From a virus (taxonomy: Duplodnaviria; Heunggongvirae; Uroviricota; Caudoviricetes): a stretch of DNA of 16,044 bases. Shown here in pieces: positions 14,791-16,044 of the stretch (position 1 is its first letter; every line of letters starts with the position of its first letter). The DNA lies in the IMG/VR virus record IMGVR_UViG_2718217897_000010, positions 1 through 16,044 of that record; one strand, given 5' to 3'. The notes under the pieces are model-generated. The model had not been told where the DNA came from. It did not search any database and was given only the letters and a program-made list of their open reading frames with translations. Made by a program: the position numbers and the translations under genes.

Positions 14791-16044
14791 TTACGCACGA
14801 ATGGTGTAATCACCAATGCCGATCCACTTGTAAGTGGTCAGTGCTTCCAGCCCCATTGGGCCACGTGCGTGCAGTTTTTGTGTGCTTACCGCCACTTCCG
14901 CACCCAGTCCAAACTGGCCGCCGTCGGTAAAACGCGTAGAGGCGTTAACGTAAACAGCGGACGAATCCACTTCGTTAACAAAACGCTGGGCGTTGCGCAT
15001 ATCGCGGGTCAGGATCGCATCGGAGTGTTGCGTGCCGTGTTCACGAATATGGGCGATGGCATCGTCAAGATCGCTGACGATTTTGACGTTCAAATCTAAT
15101 GACAGAAACTCATCGTCATACTCTTCGGCTTTAACCGCCACCACCTTCGCGGGGCCTGCCTGCAACTGTGTCAGCGCAGCTGCATCTGCGTGTAATGTCA
15201 CGCCGCTTTCCGCCATTTGTTTGCTTAATACGGGCAGGAAGCTATCGGCGATGTTTTTATTCACCAGCAACGTTTCTACCGTATTACATGTGCTCGGACG
15301 CTGAGTTTTGGCGTTGACGATCACTTTTAATGCTTCAGCGATCTCTGCACTTTCATCAACGTAAATATGGCATACGCCTATACCACCTGTGATCACCGGG
15401 ATCGTCGACTGTTCGCGGCACAGTTTATGCAAACCAGCGCCACCACGCGGGATCAGCATGTCGATGTATTTATCCATACGCAGCATTTCACTGACCAGCG
15501 CACGGTCAGGATTATCAATCGCCTGCACGGCACCCGCCGGTAAGCCGCAGGATTTCAGGGCGTCCTGAATCACCGCCACCGTTGCAGCGTTAGTGCGACA
15601 CGTTTCTTTGCCACCGCGCAGGATCACCGCATTACCGGTTTTCAGGCACAGCGAAGCGACATCAACCGTCACGTTCGGGCGCGCTTCATAAATCACGCCA
15701 ATAACCCCCAGCGGTACGCGACGACGCTCAAGACGCAGGCCGCTGTCCAGTACGCCGCCATCGATTACCTGCCCCACCGGATCGGCGAGGTTGCACACCT
15801 GACGTACATCGTCGGCAATGCCTTTCAGCCGTGCGGGCGTCAGTGCCAGACGGTCAAGCATCGCTTCGCTAAGGCCATTGGCTCGCGCGTCAGCAACATC
15901 CTGGGCGTTAGCGTTGAGGATGATTTCGCTTTGTGCTTCCAGTTCATCGGCGATTTTTTCCAGCACGCGATTTTTTTCGCGGCTGGAGAGTTGCGCTAAT
16001 TTATACGAGGCTTGCTTCGCGGCAATGCCCATTTGTTCCAGCAT
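14791..16044 (-). CDS. proA: gamma-glutamyl phosphate reductase
   Basis: 417-aa [41 protein letters not shown] ... matches E. coli ProA along its full length (from memory). The ATG is at the window edge (16042-16044). Confidence 0.95.
   Translation of the reverse strand: MLEQMGIAAKQASYKLAQLSSREKNRVLEKIADELEAQSEIILNANAQDVADARANGLSEAMLDRLALTPARLKGIADDVRQVCNLADPVGQVIDGGVLDSGLRLERRRVPLGVIGVIYEARPNVTVDVASLCLKTGNAVILRGGKETCRTNAATVAVIQDALKSCGLPAGAVQAIDNPDRALVSEMLRMDKYIDMLIPRGGAGLHKLCREQSTIPVITGGIGVCHIYVDESAEIAEALKVIVNAKTQRPSTCNTVETLLVNKNIADSFLPVLSKQMAESGVTLHADAAALTQLQAGPAKVVAVKAEEYDDEFLSLDLNVKIVSDLDDAIAHIREHGTQHSDAILTRDMRNAQRFVNEVDSSAVYVNASTRFTDGGQFGLGAEVAVSTQKLHARGPMGLEALTTYKWIGIGDYTIRA

Noticed and set aside
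14710-15304. Plus-strand ORFs 14710-15099 and 14993-15304
   Set aside because: They lie entirely antisense within proA, which is full-length and highly recognisable. These are shadow ORFs typical of GC-rich coding sequence.
1-16044. CRISPR array, rRNA, IS element or integron
   Set aside because: No regularly spaced direct repeats, no rRNA-like conserved blocks, and no transposase-like ORF or terminal inverted repeats were seen. The only recombinases are the tyrosine integrase and the truncated invertase.

Overview
The window covers a tRNA-Thr(CGU) integration hotspot next to proA. At the right end are proA (minus strand, complete, 14791-16044) and a thrW-type tRNA-Thr (minus strand, 14601-14676). 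Everything to the left (1-14600) reads as a degraded, mosaic lambdoid/P22-like prophage inserted at the tRNA 3' end. From the att side it carries: int and xis (P22-like); an early-accessory operon (DUF2303/YfdQ-like, HD phosphohydrolase, PAPS-reductase-like, one small hypothetical); a Q-like antiterminator; a lysis cassette (holin, lambda R-like transglycosylase, Rz/Rz1 spanins); an HNH endonuclease and small terminase flanking a putative cos region; and the remnant of an invertible tail-fibre switch (two convergent tail-fibre assembly genes, a tail-fibre C-terminal segment, a hix/gix-like crossover site, a truncated invertase). Repressor, replication, large terminase, capsid and tail genes are absent, so the element looks cryptic. 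Four visibly AT-rich cargo blocks with no family I can recognise are embedded in this backbone. The top candidate for an undescribed defence or exclusion system is a two-gene operon at 8368-9982 (340-aa soluble protein plus 194-aa four-helix membrane protein) sitting in the Q-S moron slot. The others are a cytoplasmic trypsin-like serine protease (5765-6676) and two membrane-anchored proteins at the left end (1-642, 1588-2685), separated by a non-coding stretch with a strong LexA-box match. All calls rest on reading the six-frame translations and the DNA by eye; no database search was run, and family assignments drawn from memory are flagged as such.
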